A DNA stretch of 5,768 nucleotides from a virus, in IMG/VR virus record IMGVR_UViG_3300038540_000025, positions 1 through 5,768 of that record; one strand, written 5' to 3'. The position numbers were made by a program, and so were the translations under genes. Of this stretch, positions 5,177-5,768 are shown piece by piece. Numbering within the stretch: position 1 is the first letter of the stretch; each line of letters opens with the position of its first letter. A model generated the notes under the pieces. The model searched no databases, had not been told where the DNA came from, and worked only from the letters and a program-made list of their open reading frames with translations.

Positions 5177-5768
5177 TAGTATGTACTACCTTTATAGTTC
5201 CCTAATTGGCCAATCTTTACTTTAGGTTTGAATAATTTGGCACCTTCTAACAATAACTTACGTTCTTGAATATCTAAACCGTGTTCTTTTAACAATACAT
5301 CAATATCATACATAGCACCCTCACGATTCCATTTTTCATCCTTATTCTCGTTTTCCCAATCTATACCTCGTGTTTGTGAAGTTACATTTACTATTTTAGC
5401 CATTAACATATCTAATTCTGCAGGTGCTATCTGTATTTCCCACTCCAATAATTGATTATTCAATAAAGCTTTATATGCTTCCCTTTCTGCTATTTTAACG
5501 TTATAATCAATCGTTCTCTGTTTTAAATCTGCATCAAGTCCTTGCTCTTTAATACGTACATCTAACAAGTCCAATTCTTTATTAACTCTTTCAACATTAG
5601 CCATAAAAGTATTCTCTTTTAATTCGTAATCAATACTTTGGATAGAATTATTTATTTCTTTATTTATACTATCCAATTTCGCATTACCTGTATTTACAGC
5701 TAACAATTTTAAATTTTGTTTCGCAATATCAGTATCTACCCCTGCAGTCTTATCTGCATTTACATTTT
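5176..5768 (-). CDS. DNA pilot / minor capsid protein (VP2- or H-like), C-terminal part. Bases 5662..5768 duplicate 1..107, and the true start is the ATG at 534..532.
   Basis: The track ORF 5176..5706 begins at a TTG (5706..5704 = 45..43), which is an internal Leu codon of the longer wrap-around ORF. The frame stays open to the window end. The C-terminal half is Lys/Glu/Leu-rich with heptad-like spacing (coiled-coil-like), as expected for a pilot protein. Confidence 0.8.
   Translation of the reverse strand, partial: NVNADKTAGVDTDIAKQNLKLLAVNTGNAKLDSINKEINNSIQSIDYELKENTFMANVERVNKELDLLDVRIKEQGLDADLKQRTIDYNVKIAEREAYKALLNNQLLEWEIQIAPAELDMLMAKIVNVTSQTRGIDWENENKDEKWNREGAMYDIDVLLKEHGLDIQERKLLLEGAKLFKPKVKIGQLGNYKGSTY
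5662..5768. repeat. Terminal direct repeat, copy 2 (identical to 1..107)
   Basis: See copy 1. The match is exact over all 107 nt by direct reading. Confidence 0.95.

Larger units (their letters stand above)
1..5661 (-). other. One unit-length circular Microviridae (ssDNA phage) genome; all genes on the minus strand
   Basis: Gene content is VP1/F-like capsid, VP2/H-like pilot protein and VP4/A-like HUH Rep within about 5.7 kb. The two window ends are identical (1..107 = 5662..5768). The pilot-protein ORF is only complete when the ends are joined. Confidence 0.85.

Noticed and set aside
4869-5225. 118-aa plus-strand ORF from the track
   Set aside because: It is antisense to the Rep N-terminus and the VP2 C-terminus. 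It has a low-complexity Ser/Leu/Phe-rich product and no supporting signals.
5704-5706. Track start codon of the 176-aa ORF
   Set aside because: It is a TTG, which is an internal Leu codon. The frame stays open upstream through the circular junction to the ATG at 534..532.
1-5768. Search for tRNA, rRNA, CRISPR repeats, an integrase or transposase, and long same-strand overprinted ORFs
   Set aside because: I saw no repeat-spacer periodicity, no cloverleaf-like GC-rich segments, and no recombinase-like ORF. The track shows no additional minus-strand ORF of 75 or more codons in alternative frames. Shorter overprinted genes (phiX E/K-like) cannot be excluded by eye.

Overview
The window is one complete, circularly permuted genome of a small ssDNA phage of the family Microviridae. 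It is not phiX-like; it resembles gokushoviruses or alpavirus-like, Bacteroidota-type microviruses. Bases 5662..5768 repeat bases 1..107 exactly, so the unit length is 5661 nt and the repeat is the overlap of a circular assembly. The DNA is AT-rich (roughly one-third GC by eye). All credible genes lie on the minus strand, so the window is the complement of the packaged, mRNA-sense strand.

Gene order on the coding strand: DNA pilot/minor capsid VP2-like (534..1, continuing 5661..5176 across the junction), then TAATG overlap to the HUH rolling-circle replication initiator VP4-like (5176..4205), a GC-rich hairpin, and a 320-nt AT-rich intergenic region. Next come a 59-aa membrane-protein ORF missing from the ORF track (3883..3704), a 132-aa DUF5675-like/YkuD-like putative cell-wall enzyme (3702..3304), an 81-aa unknown ORF (3304..3059), the 685-aa major capsid protein VP1/F (3062..1005), a 99-aa unknown ORF (1000..701), a C(UUCG)G hairpin, and a 166-nt intergenic region.

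The main finding is an apparent holin-like plus endolysin-like lysis cassette, translationally coupled to the capsid module, inside a 5.7-kb microvirus. This virus family is classically known for single-gene lysis or for having no identified lysis gene. I saw no rRNA, tRNA, CRISPR array, transposase or integrase. All homology statements come from reading the translations from memory and need HMM or structure searches to confirm.
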